From the NCBI GenBank assembly GCA_964016885.1, contig OZ024743.1:49414001-49478000 (forward strand): a stretch of 64,000 nt of DNA. The letters run 5' to 3'. Every line of letters begins with the position of its first letter. The first letter of the stretch is position 1. Below the pieces are notes generated by a model, which was not told the DNA's origin, did no database searches, and saw only the letters and a list, made by a program, of their open reading frames with translations. The stretch comes from Eledone cirrhosa. Lineage: Eukaryota. Made by a program: the position numbers and the translations under genes. Shown one piece after another: positions 1 through 12,278 of this stretch.

Positions 1-3000
1 GCTGTCATCTCTTACAGGTGTACTGTGTTGGTTGTTGATACAGTGTACAACCTGACCAGTGCAGCTGTCATCTCTTACAGGTGTACTGTGTTGGTTGTTG
101 ATACAGTGTACAACCTGACCAGTGCAGCTGTCATCTCTTACAGGTGTACTGTGTTGGTTGTTGATACAGTGTACAACCTGACCAGTGCAGCTGTCATCTC
201 TTACAGGTGTACTGTGTTGGTTGTTGATACAGTGTACAACCTGACCAGTGCAGCTGTCATCTCTTACAGGTGTACTGTGTTGGTTGTTGATACAGTGTAC
301 AACCTGACCAGTGCAGCTGTCATCTCTTACAGGTGTACTGTGTTGGTTGTTGATACAGTGTACAACCTGACCAGTGCAGCTGTCATCTCTTACAGGTGTA
401 CTGTGTTGGTTGTTGATACAGTGTTCAACCTGACCAGTGCAGCTGTCATCTCTTACAGGTGTACTGTGTTGGTTGTTGATACAGTGTACAACCTGACCAG
501 TGCAGCTGTCATCTCTTACAGGTGTACTGTGTTGGTTGTTGATACAGTGTACAACCTGACCAGTGCAGCTGTCATCTCTTACAGGTGTACTGTGTTGGTT
601 GTTGATACAGTGTTCAACCTGACCAGTGCAGCTGTCATCTCTTACAGGTGTACTGTGTTGGTTGTTGATACAGTGTTCAACCTGACCAGTGCAGCTGTCA
701 TCTCTTACAGGTGTACTGTGTTGGTTGTTGATACAGTGTACAACCTGACCAGTGCAGCTGTCATCTCTTACAGGTGTACTGTGTTGGTTGTTGATACAGT
801 GTACAACCTGACCAGTGCAGCTGTCATCTCTTACAGGTGTACTGTGTTGGTTGTTGATACAGTGTACAACCTGACCAGTGCAGCTGTCATCTCTTACAGG
901 TGTACTGTGTTGGTTGTTGATACAGTGTTCAACCTGACCAGTGCAGCTGTCATCTCTTACAGGTGTACTGTGTTGGTTGTTGATACAGTGTTCAACCTGA
1001 CCAGTGCAGCTGTCATCTCTTACAGGTGTACTGTGTTGGTTGTTGATACAGTGTACAACCTGACCAGTGCAGCTGTCATCTCTTACAGGTGTACTGTGTT
1101 GGTTGTTGATACAGTGTACAACCTGACCAGTGCAGCTGTCATCTCTTACAGGTGTACTGTGTTGGTTGTTGATACAGTGTACAACCTGACCAGTGCAGCT
1201 GTCATCTCTTACAGGTGTACTGTGTTGGTTGTTGATACAGTGTACAACCTGACCAGTGCAGCTGTCATCTCTTACAGGTGTACTGTGTTGGTTGTTGATA
1301 CAGTGTACAACCTGACCAGTGTAGCTGTCATCTCTTACAGGTGTACTGTGTTGGTTGTTGATACAGTGTACAACCTGACCAGTGCAGCTGTCATCTCTTA
1401 CAGGTGTACTGTGTTGGTTGTTGATACAGTGTACAACCTGACCAGTGCAGCTGTCATCTCTTACAGGTGTACTGTGTTGGTTGTTGATACAGTGTTCAAC
1501 CTGACCAGTGCAGCTGTCATCTCTTACAGGTGTACTGTGATTGGTTGTTGATACAGTGTTCAACCTGACCAGTGCAGCTGTCATCTCTTACAGGTGTACT
1601 GTGTTGGTTGTTGATACAGTGTTCAACCTGACCAGTGCAGCTGTCATCTCTTACAGGTGTACTGTGATTGGTTGTTGATACAGTGTACAACCTGACCAGT
1701 GCAGCTGTCATCTCTTACAGGTGTACTGTGTTGGTTGTTGATACAGTGTTTAACCTGACCAGTGCAGCTGTCATCTCTTACAGGTGTACTGTGATTGGTT
1801 GTTGATACAGTGTACAACCTGACCAGTGCAGCTGTCATCTCTTACAGGTGTACTGTGATTGGTTGTTGATACAGTGTTCAACCTGACCAGTGCAGCTGTC
1901 ATCTCTTACAGGTGTACTGTGTTGGTTGTTGATACAGTGTTCAACCTGACCAGTGCAGCTGTCATCTCTTACAGGTGTACTGTGATTGGTTGTTGATACA
2001 GTGTTCAACCTGACCAGTGCAGCTGTCATCTCTTACAGGTGTACTGTGTTGGTTGTTGATACAGTGTTCAACCTGACCAGTGCAGCTGTCATCTCTTACA
2101 GGTGTACTGTGATTGGTTGTTGATACAGTGTACAACCTGACCAGTGCAGCTGTCATCTCTTACAGGTGTACTGTGTTGGTTGTTGATACAGTGTTTAACC
2201 TGACCAGTGCAGCTGTCATCTCTTACAGGTGTACTGTGATTGGTTGTTGATACAGTGTACAACCTGACCAGTGCAGCTGTCATCTCTTACAGGTGTACTG
2301 TGTTGGTTGTTGATACAGTGTACAACCTGACCAGTGCAGCTGTCATCTCTTACAGGTGTACTGTGTTGGTTGTTGATACAGTGTACAACCTGACCAGTGC
2401 AGCTGTCATCTCTTACAGGTGTACTGTGTTGGTTGTTGATACAGTGTTTAACCTGACCAGTGCAGCTGTCATCTCTTACAGGTGTACTGTGATTGGTTGT
2501 TGATACAGTGTTCAACCTGACCAGTGCAGCTGTCATCTCTTACAGGTGTACTGTGATTGGTTGTTGATACAGTGTACAACCTGACCAGTACAGCTGTCAT
2601 CTCTTACAGGTGTACTGTGATTGGTTGTTGATACAGTGTTCAACCTGACCAGTGCAGCTGTCATCTCTTACAGGTGTACTGTGATTGGTTGTTGATACAG
2701 TGTACAACCTGACCAGTGCAGCTGTCATCTCTTACAGGTGTACTGTGATTGGTTGTTGATACAGTGTACAACCTGACCAGTGCAGCTGTCATCTCTTACA
2801 GGTGTACTGTGATTGGTTGTTGATACAGTGTACAACCTGACCAGTGCAGCTGTCATCTCTTACAGGTGTACTGTGATTGGTTGTTGATACAGTGTACAAC
2901 CTGACCAGTGCAGCTGTCATCTCTTACAGGTGTACTGTGATTGGTTGTTGATACAGTGTACAACCTGACCAGTGCAGCTGTCATCTCTTACAGGTGTACT

Positions 3001-6000
3001 GTGATTGGTTGTTGATACAGTGTTCAACCTGACCAGTACAGCTGTCATCTCTTACAGGTGTACTGTGATTGGTTGTTGATACAGTGTTCAACCTGACCAG
3101 TGCAGCTGTCATCTCTTACAGGTGTACTGTGTTGGTTGTTGATACAGTGTTCAACCTGACCAGTGCAGCTGTCATCTCTTACAGGTGTACTGTGTTGGTT
3201 GTTGATACAGTGTTCAACCTGACCAGTACAGCTGTCATCTCTTTCAGGTGTACTGTGATTGGTTGTTGATACAGTGTACAACCTGACCAGTACAGCTGTC
3301 ATCTCTTTCAGGTGTACTGTGATTGGTTGTTGATACAGTGTTCAACCTGACAAGTGCAGCTGTCATCTCTTACAGGTGTACCGTGATTGGTTGTTGATAC
3401 AGTGTTCAACCTGACCAGTGCAGCTGTCATCTCTTACAGGTGTACTGTGTTGGTTGTTGATACAGTGTACAACCTGACCAGTGCAGCTGTCATCTCTTTC
3501 AGGTGTACTGTGATTGGTTGTTGATACAGTGTTCAACCTGACAAGTGCAGCTGTCATCTCTTACAGGTGTACTGTGTTGGTTGTTGATACAGTGTTCAAC
3601 CTGACCAGTGCAGCTGTCATCTCTTACAGGTGTACTGTGTTGGTTGTTGATACAGTGTTCAACCTGACCAGTGCAGCTGTCATCTCTTACAGGTGTACTG
3701 TGATTGGTTGTTGATACAGTGTTCAACCTGACAAGTGCAGCTGTCATCTCTTACAGGTGTACTGTGTTGGTTGTTGATACAGTGTACAACCTGACCAGTG
3801 CAGCTGTCATCTCTTACAGGTGTACTGTGATGGTTGTTGATACAGTGTACAACCTGACCAGTGTAGCTGTCATCTCTTACAGGTGTACTGTGTTGGTTGT
3901 TGATACAGTGTTCAACCTGACCAGTGCAGCTGTCATCTCTTACAGGTGTACTGTGTTGGTTGTTGATACAGTGTACAACCTGACCAGTGCAGCTGTCATC
4001 TCTTACAGGTGTACTGTGTTGGTTGTTGATACAGTGTTCAACCTGACCAGTGCAGCTGTCATCTCTTACAGGTGTACTGTGTTGGTTGTTGATACAGTGT
4101 ACAACCTGACCAGTGCAGCTGTCATCTCTTACAGGTGTACTGTGTTGGTTGTTGATACAGTGTTCAACCTGACCAGTGCAGCTGTCATCTCTTACAGGTG
4201 TACTGTGTTGGTTGTTGATACAGTGTACAACCTGACCAGTGCAGCTGTCATCTCTTACAGGTGTACTGTGTTGGTTGTTGATACAGTGTTCAACCTGACC
4301 AGTGCAGCTGTCATCTCTTACAGGTGTACTGTGATTGGTTGTTGATACAGTGTTCAACCTGACAAGTGCAGCTGTCATCTCTTACAGGTGTACTGTGTTG
4401 GTTGTTGATACAGTGTTCAACCTGACCAGTGCAGCTGTCATCTCTTACAGGTGTACTGTGATTGGTTGTTGATACAGTGTTCAACCTGACAAGTGCAGCT
4501 GTCATCTCTTACAGGTGTACTGTGTTGGTTGTTGATACAGTGTACAACCTGACCAGTGCAGCTGTCATCTCTTACAGGTGTACTGTGATGGTTGTTGATA
4601 CAGTGTACAACCTGACCAGTGTAGCTGTCATCTCTTACAGGTGTACTGTGTTGGTTGTTGATACAGTGTTCAACCTGACCAGTGCAGCTGTCATCTCTTA
4701 CAGGTGTACTGTGTTGGTTGTTGATACAGTGTACAACCTGACCAGTGCAGCTGTCATCTCTTACAGGTGTACTGTGTTGGTTGTTGATACAGTGTTCAAC
4801 CTGACCAGTGCAGCTGTCATCTCTTACAGGTGTACTGTGTTGGTTGTTGATACAGTGTACAACCTGACCAGTGCAGCTGTCATCTCTTACAGGTGTACTG
4901 TGTTGGTTGTTGATACAGTGTACAACCTGACCAGTGCAGCTGTCATCTCTTACAGGTGTACTGTGATTGGTTGTTGATACAGTGTTCAACCTGACCAGTG
5001 CAGCTGTCATCTCTTACAGGTGTACTGTGTTGGTTGTTGATACAGTGTACAACCTGACCAGTGCAGCTGTCATCTCTTACAGGTGTACTGTGATTGGTTG
5101 TTGATACAGTGTTCAACCTGACCAGTGCAGCTGTCATCTCTTACAGGTGTACTGTGTTGGTTGTTGATACAGTGTTCAACCTGACCAGTGCAGCTGTCAT
5201 CTCTTACAGGTGTACTGTGTTGGTTGTTGATACAGTGTACAACCTGACCAGTGCAGCTGTCATCTCTTACAGGTGTACTGTGTTGGTTGTTGATACAGTG
5301 TTCAACCTGACCAGTGCAGCTGTCATCTCTTACAGGTGTACTGTGTTGGTTGTTGATACAGTGTTCAACCTGACCAGTGCAGCTGTCATCTCTTACAGGT
5401 GTACTGTGTTGGTTGTTGATACAGTGTACAACCTGACCAGTGCAGCTGTCATCTCTTACAGGTGTACTGTGATTGGTTGTTGATACAGTGTACAACCTGA
5501 CCAGTGCAGCTGTCATCTCTTACAGGTGTACTGTGATTGGTTGTTGATACAGTGTACAACCTGACCAGTGCAGCTGTTATCTCTTACAGGTGTACTGTGA
5601 TTGGTTGTTGATACAGTGTTCAACCTGACCAGTGTAGCTGTCATCTCTTACAGGTGTACTGTGTTGGTTGTTGATACAGTGTTCAACCTGACCAGTGCAG
5701 CTGTCATCTCTTACAGGTGTACTGTGTTGGTTGTTGATACAGTGTTCAACCTGACCAGTGTAGCTGTCATCTCTTACAGGTGTACTGTGATTGGTTGTTG
5801 ATACAGTGTTCAACCTGACCAGTGTAGCTGTCATCTCTTACAGGTGTACTGTGATTGGTTGTTGATACAGTGTACAACCTGACCAGTGCAGCTGTCATCT
5901 CTTACAGGTGTACTGTGATTGGTTGTTGATACAGTGTTCAACCTGACCAGTGCAGCTGTCATCTCTTACAGGTGTACTGTGTTGGTTGTTGATACAGTGT

Positions 6001-6750
6001 ACAACCTGACCAGTGCAGCTGTCATCTCTTACAGGTGTACTGTGTTGGTTGTTGATACAGTGTACAACCTGACCAGTGCAGCTGTCATCTCTTACAGGTG
6101 TACTGTGTTGGTTGTTGATACAGTGTACAACCTGACCAGTGCAGCTGTCATCTCTTACAGGTGTACTGTGTTGGTTGTTGATACAGTGTTCAACCTGACC
6201 AGTGCAGCTGTCATCTCTTACAGGTGTACTGTGATTGGTTGTTGATACAGTGTTCAACCTGACCAGTGCAGCTGTCATCTCTTACAGGTGTACTGTGTTG
6301 GTTGTTGATACAGTGTTCAACCTGACCAGTGCAGCTGTCATCTCTTACAGGTGTACTGTGTTGGTTGTTGATACAGTGTTCAACCTGACCAGTGCAGCTG
6401 TCATCTCTTACAGGTGTACTGTGATTGGTTGTTGATACAGTGTTCAACCTGACAAGTGCAGCTGTCATCTCTTACAGGTGTACTGTGATTGGTTGTTGAT
6501 ACAGTGTACAACCTGACCAGTGTAGCTGTCATCTCTTACAGGTGTACTGTGTTGGTTGTTGATACAGTGTTCAACCTGACCAGTACAGCTGTCATCTCTT
6601 TCAGGTGTACTGTGTTGGTTGTTGATACAGTGTTTAACCTGACCAGTGCAGCTGTCATCTCTTTCAGGTGTACTGTGTTGGTTGTTGATACAGTGTTTAA
6701 CCTGACCAGTGCAGCTGTCATCTCTTTCAGGTGTACTGTGATGGTTGTGA
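1..6750. repeat. 63-bp tandem minisatellite, about 106 copies, truncated by the window start
   Basis: Unit gctgtcatctcttacaggtgtactgtgttggttgttgatacagtgtacaacctgaccagtgca repeats head-to-tail, with a 64-bp variant (gtgattgg) and tac/ttc variants. Confidence 0.99.
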
Positions 6751-6805
6751 TTTAAGATTAGGAGATCAATCCAAGAGTATTTGTTGTAGTAATCTACTCA
6801 AGTGA
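6731..6805 (+). CDS. Possible terminal coding exon of an upstream gene (VYCDGCDLRLGDQSKSICCSNLLK*)
   Basis: The last repeat copy gives ctgac...tcatctctttcag|GTG. Phase 0 reads 24 codons into unique sequence up to TGA, while the other two phases stop quickly. No homology confirmed. Confidence 0.25.
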   Translation: MYCDGCDLRLGDQSKSICCSNLLK

Positions 6806-7349
6806 TTTCTCAGTGCCAACATGTCTCACTCAACATTGAGCAAAGAATCATGTTGATGTATTCTGCTTTGTGATAACATCTTTATCAGATTCATGTCTCA
6901 GTTAGTTAATCATTCATTGTAACAACAAAAACAAAAAATATAGAAAATACATTGAATGTATGGATGCGAATACAGATGCACATGTACATTCACATAGATA
7001 CATATACATACTCACACATTCACACACGCAGCCCCCAGTTTGAAGATATCTTCCCCTTTCTTTCCCTCCCATCAATCTTGGAGATGGTCATGGATGGAAT
7101 GCCTTTGTATTTCCTATTATAGAATGTTTTGTATATACATATGTTCTTGAAGTAGTGTATATGCACAAACTAAAGTACATAGCGGTGTATATATACAAAC
7201 TAAACTATGTTGCAGTGTATATGCACAAATTAAAGTCTAGTAGTGCATTCACATAAACTAAAACCCGTAGTAGCGTATATACGCAGTAGCAGTGTATATA
7301 TATGAACTAAAGTACTTAACAGTGTATATACAGAAACTAAGATATGTAG

Positions 7350-7412
<63 letters not shown>

Positions 7413-7600
7413 CACACATACATACACACACACTAAAGTCTGTAGTAGCGTACTGAATACATCTTTTGTTTCAGTATTTCTAGTTACATGATAATTATTA
7501 TCATTATTCCAGAAATTCTTTTATCACAATATTCACACCAAAACTGAGTTCTATAATGATTTAAAGTTTTCCATCGTTATTTACCAGCATCGAAGCTTGT

Positions 7601-7812
7601 TTAACCCTTTAATGTTCAAACCGGCCAGAATTCTCTACCCTTTTCTGTTGAAACTGGCTATAACTGGTCACTCAAACTGATGTTAAGGTTTCTCAAAATA
7701 AATACTTTCAAAATCTCAGATTCGATATTATGTGAGATAATTGTGCGTGATAATGCCTTTACCATGAAAATATAATAGTATATATAGAGTAATGTGAATG
7801 CTAAAGGGTTAA
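7601..7812 (-). mobile_element. TTAA-bounded MITE, family A (piggyBac-type, non-autonomous)
   Basis: Ends are ttaacccttta...taaagggttaa, and the interior matches copies at 29544, 37052, 45286, 45685 and 48281. Confidence 0.85.
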
Positions 7813-8509
7813 AGCCTCATAAAGCTAACTTCTATTTATCTGAAATGTATGTTAAGTATTCCCATCTCTCCCTATTATGAGCAAATGGATGCCCGTGCGC
7901 TGTCCGCCCCATGGCCCTAACGGACAGAATAGAGAAGGCATTTCTCTGGAGATTGGTGAGGGAGACGCACTAAAAGAGTCATTGCAGTCCACGAGGCTCA
8001 CACCTGCGGTTAGCCAACTCCGTGTTGATGGTGGTGAGTAGGGAGGTGGTCCTGGGGCCAAGGACACCAGAAGTCTCCACTATTTGAACCAACTTTCAAT
8101 TTTACTCTCTTACTCACCCTTTCCTTGTTTGTCAGTCAGGGCACTATGATAAATACCTCATCCTTTCACTTTCATTTTACTTGTCTCTGATTCATCCACT
8201 CTTTATTTGTTGTTTGACAGCCTCCTTCTTCCACAGTACCTCCTTAGCATAACAGCAAACAAAAACACAAACTTCATTATTATATTAAGATTGCTATAAT
8301 TGAAGCCGTTAATTTGTTTGTTTCTACTTTATTGAGCAATCTTTAGCAATTTTTCAGTTCAGTAATTTGTTGAAAAGGGAATGGTTAAGACAATTGAATG
8401 AGGTGGCACTTAATTTCAAGATTATCACCTCAAGTGATATTTTAGAAAGACACTGCTTTTCTGGAGAAATACATAGATAAATGGAGAGGAAATATAAAAG
8501 CTGAAGTTG

Positions 8510-8913
8510 TTAACCCTTTTATTATTATATTTCTAATGAAAGGCACTACCTATGATTTTCAAGAATTTGGAGGGATTTAATAATACAATTAACCTTCTCG
8601 TTGTTAAGCTGGTGCCTGTAACATAACAAACCTCTCTACATAAGATTATGATGGAAAGGTTTTTTTTTATAAATATATTGAATGATAGAATCAGGAGTGG
8701 GCTCAGGTGGTTTGATTATGTTACAAAACAGTTTATTATAAAGTGCTTGTATTTATCAAAATATTTTCCATGATAATATTATGTTAGGATCTTTGTCATA
8801 TTCCAAATACCATCTTAATAATGAGGAAGTTACTTATATTTCTAAATCCTTCCAAATTCATTTGTAAATCATAAGCAGTGTCTTTCATTAGAAATATTTT
8901 AATGAAAAGGTTA
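8510..8913. mobile_element. MITE family B with ~100-bp imperfect terminal inverted repeats
   Basis: 8510-8613 (ttaacccttttattattatatttctaatgaaaggcact...) matches the reverse complement of 8810-8913 and has a TTAACCC-type end. Confidence 0.7.
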
Positions 8914-9660
8914 TGTAAAGTTTTTTGGCAAGATTCTACATAAATATATATTATCTACCTGTATTTTCATAGTATTGAGTGCTTCTACTTTTGTTATAGG
9001 AAACTTGTCCAAACAACTGTACACACTCTCACACTAATATAAAACATTATTTGCGTTTAAATGTCATTGAAAAACAATGGTAATTTGTTGAGCAGTCATT
9101 ATCTACATTTCTCTCATGTATTGTATGGACAGACATACAAGAACTAAAAATAATTCATTATTTATAGTCAATAGTTATAAATTTCAACTATTTTGGGTGT
9201 GTGTGTATAATATATATATGTATGTGTGTGTGTGCATGCGTGCGCAGTATTTTAGTGGATTAAAGTTTGAGATAAATTGAAAAACTCTGTATTTATGAAA
9301 TGAAGTTTGTAGCTTCACATAATGAAATATAGTTGGATGTTCAGTGTCTTATGTTTGCTGTTGTGGATCTGATAATCTCACCTTCCATTACTGGGTTAGT
9401 CTTCATTATGGTAGGTTCCTGCCATCTATTTTCTTGACTTTCTTCTAAATCTATGCCTTTTGACACATTTTTGCTCTGTCCCACCATGACACCTCAAAAA
9501 AAAAAAAAAAAATTGATACCCCTTCCCATCTTCTCAATTAAAGAACATGTTTGGTACTAAAAAGCTATGTAAAATTTAGAAAATTACCCCTACCTCCTAA
9601 AGAATTTTAAATTATCACATCTCACTCCACCCCACTTATTGTGTGTGACCCCTGTTCAGA

Positions 9661-9890
9661 ATCATCATCATCATTATATTTGTGTTTTCATGCTTACATG
9701 AGTTAGATGAATCTTCTTCAGTACAGTGTGTCTCCATTTGTTTTTTTCCCCTTTGTCATCTCTCCTTTGTGAAGTTTATCATTCTGAAATCAGCTCTCAC
9801 CATCTCTGCCCATGTCTTGGTCTTCTGCATCCACGAACTCCTGGCACTTCTTCATCTAACAATCATCATACATACATAGTATGTGTCCCT
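9661..9890 (-). mobile_element. RTE LINE 3' fragment with (GAT)n tail
   Basis: The minus strand reads ...KTWAEMVRADFRMINFTKEMTK, resembling the ORF end at 55700-55796, followed by the tail motif and a gat repeat. Confidence 0.65.
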
Positions 9891-10294
9891 ACTAGTGCAT
9901 TACTAGTGCACACAATATTTAATTCCTCTTTACAGGACCTCCGAGGATGGTGAGAAGGAGAGAGGTATCTTCAAACTAGAGACGTGATTTAACTGCTAGC
10001 AATAGAATATGAATTCTGTTAAAGACCCCAATGATTGACCACTGAGATAGGATACAATGGGATTTGAACTCATGTATGTAAAACAGTAAACAAAAAAGAA
10101 AAAAAAAGAATATGCCCCATGAAATGAATGTGTGTGTGTTCTATTCAGTTAGCATGAAAGTATCATCATTATCATCATCATCTAACGTCCATCTTCCATG
10201 CTAGCATGAGTTAGACGGTTCTGTTCCATTTGATGCGGGATTGGTTGGGAGACCGTGTCTCGCTTGTACAGAAGTGTATCTTTCTATTAATGTA

Positions 10295-10395
10295 TGTCTG
10301 TGTGGTTAAGAAGTTTACTTTGCAACCAAATGGTTTCATGTTGTATCCCATTGCATGACATAATAGACAAATGTCTTGCTCTGTAGTCATAGGCT
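10295..10395 (+). mobile_element. Degenerate tRNA-derived SINE head
   Basis: ctgtgtggttaagaagtttactttgcaacc... is related to the minus-strand copies at 16845-16955 and 37325-37456. Confidence 0.55.
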
Positions 10396-11287
10396 ATACA
10401 CGTGCGCGTGCACACACACACGCACACACACACATATATATACACACGTGTGTGTGTACATATTTGTGTTTTTTTTCTCACATTCGGAATTGCCAGCACA
10501 GCAATAAACAGAAGTCTCATGGCTCAGCAGTTTAGATGTATGAAGATTCATATATTCTTTTAAAAAAACAAGTTAGAGTTTGTGTCTTGGAAAGTCTCTG
10601 GACATAGAAATTCTGCATTGGAGGTGTCTTGTTCAACCGATGCTTATAAGTAAGTATAAAACAATAATGATGATGATGATCCATGTGCAGGAATATGTGT
10701 GGGGAGGGGAAAGTTGAAACTGGATTATATATTATATTTACACTACCCCATCCCCATAAATTTATCGCACTAATTATCTCATCATAAATCTGTGTGTGTG
10801 TATCAGATGGTGAGGGGTGGGACTATAGTGTGTATGTGTGTAATGAGAAACTAATGTGTCTTGAGATGTATGTGTGTGTGGAGTGAGAGACTGTATGTGT
10901 GTGGAGTGAGAGACTGTATGTGTGTGTGGAGTGAGAGACTGTGTGTATGTGTATGGTGAAAGACTGTGTGTGATGTGTATATGTGTGTGGTGAGATGTGT
11001 GTATATGTTTGCGGGGGGAGAGAGAGAAATTGTGAGAATCATCTAATTGCAGTCATTGTATGAAGCTAATCTAATGAAGCCATAGCAGAGAAGATTAAAT
11101 GTAAATAATCTGGTCTTTGTGTCATGACAGATACAACTGTTCAATATTTCTCTTATTGATTACTGTCTCCTTCACCAATCATGGATCTTCCATTGGTTTT
11201 CATGATGAGCAGTCAATCATTTGATCAAGTGACCATCCAACAGAGACAACAAAATATCTCATTTGATGCATTCACAAATCCACTAAT

Positions 11288-11410
11288 TTGACTGGTACTT
11301 TATCGACACCAGAAGGACAAAAGGCAAAGTTAACTGTGGTAGGATTTGATGTGCAGAGAGACAAATACAGAAGTATCTCAACTGATGCTCCAATGACTGC
11401 CAATTCACCA
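11288..11410 (-). mobile_element. Degenerate copy of the tRNA-derived SINE seen at 61843
   Basis: actggtactttatcgac...aaaggcaaagttaac...ctgccaattcacca. Confidence 0.65.
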
Positions 11411-11537
11411 ACTACAGATAGAAATTATAGAACATTTGCATAAAAATTAAGATCTATTCAACCCATGCTAGCATGAAAACAAAATAAATCATATATTTTT
11501 CTTTAAATACAAAATGTGTACCAGCAATAGCTGGTGG

Positions 11538-11645
11538 TTTAACCCTGCGATGGACTGGCATCCTGTCCAGTGGAGAGTCAAGTACTCTGTCACTTAATGC
11601 TTCAGAAATCGGGATAAGCACTGGCTTGATGAGCCTCCAGTCTCA
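11538..11645 (+). mobile_element. SINE central/3' domain fragment
   Basis: aaccctgcgatggactggcatcctgtccag...gggataagcactggcttgatgagcc resembles conserved SINE domains (from recall). A decayed relative lies at about 26680-26765. Confidence 0.5.
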
Positions 11646-12278
11646 AAACTTTAGACTTTAGATTCTATAGCTGAGCTGCAAGACATATTGTTTATGCAGG
11701 ACATAAACAAATGCCACACCATGTGTAAACATGACAAATGGGAAGCAAAGACTCAGACATAGTCAAATACACATTATTTTATTCTTTTACTTGTTTCAGT
11801 CAATAGACTGTGGCCATGCTGATGCACCATCTTGATTTAGTTGATCATATCAACCCCATTACTTATTTGTTCAAGTCTAGTACTTATATTATAAATCTTT
11901 TTTGTTGAACTGCTAAAGTGAGTAGATGAAATAGTAATCTCCACACAGAAAAGTCCATCACTGCCAAAGCACTATATTTAAGATAGCATGTTAGCACTAA
12001 TCCTTGAATTAAATAAGAATTGTTCAGTGTTATAAAATCTATGCTTTTATGTTTTGTAGCTTAAAATATATAAATTTTTATTTTCTGTGATAAACACCAT
12101 TAATAACATATAATATTTAATTTCATAGTCTTATTTTTCTCCTATCAATAGAGAAATGGTCATTAAAATATCCATGAAGATAATGCTATCTTTGAAAATA
12201 TCTGGTTCTTATTAAACAGAATATTTCAACTGACAAAAATATTGATGTGGAGAATGAAAGTAATAAAATCCTGTTTGT

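Noticed and set aside
25-6755. 508-aa and many shorter 21-aa-repeat ORFs
   Set aside because: The unit length of 63 is a multiple of 3 and lacks stops in some frames. The 64-bp variants break the frame freely, so there is no coding constraint.
9936-9949. Possible 14-nt micro-exon (tttacag|gacctccgaggatg|gtgaga)
   Set aside because: It is not frame-preserving and has no supporting gene context, so chance is likely.
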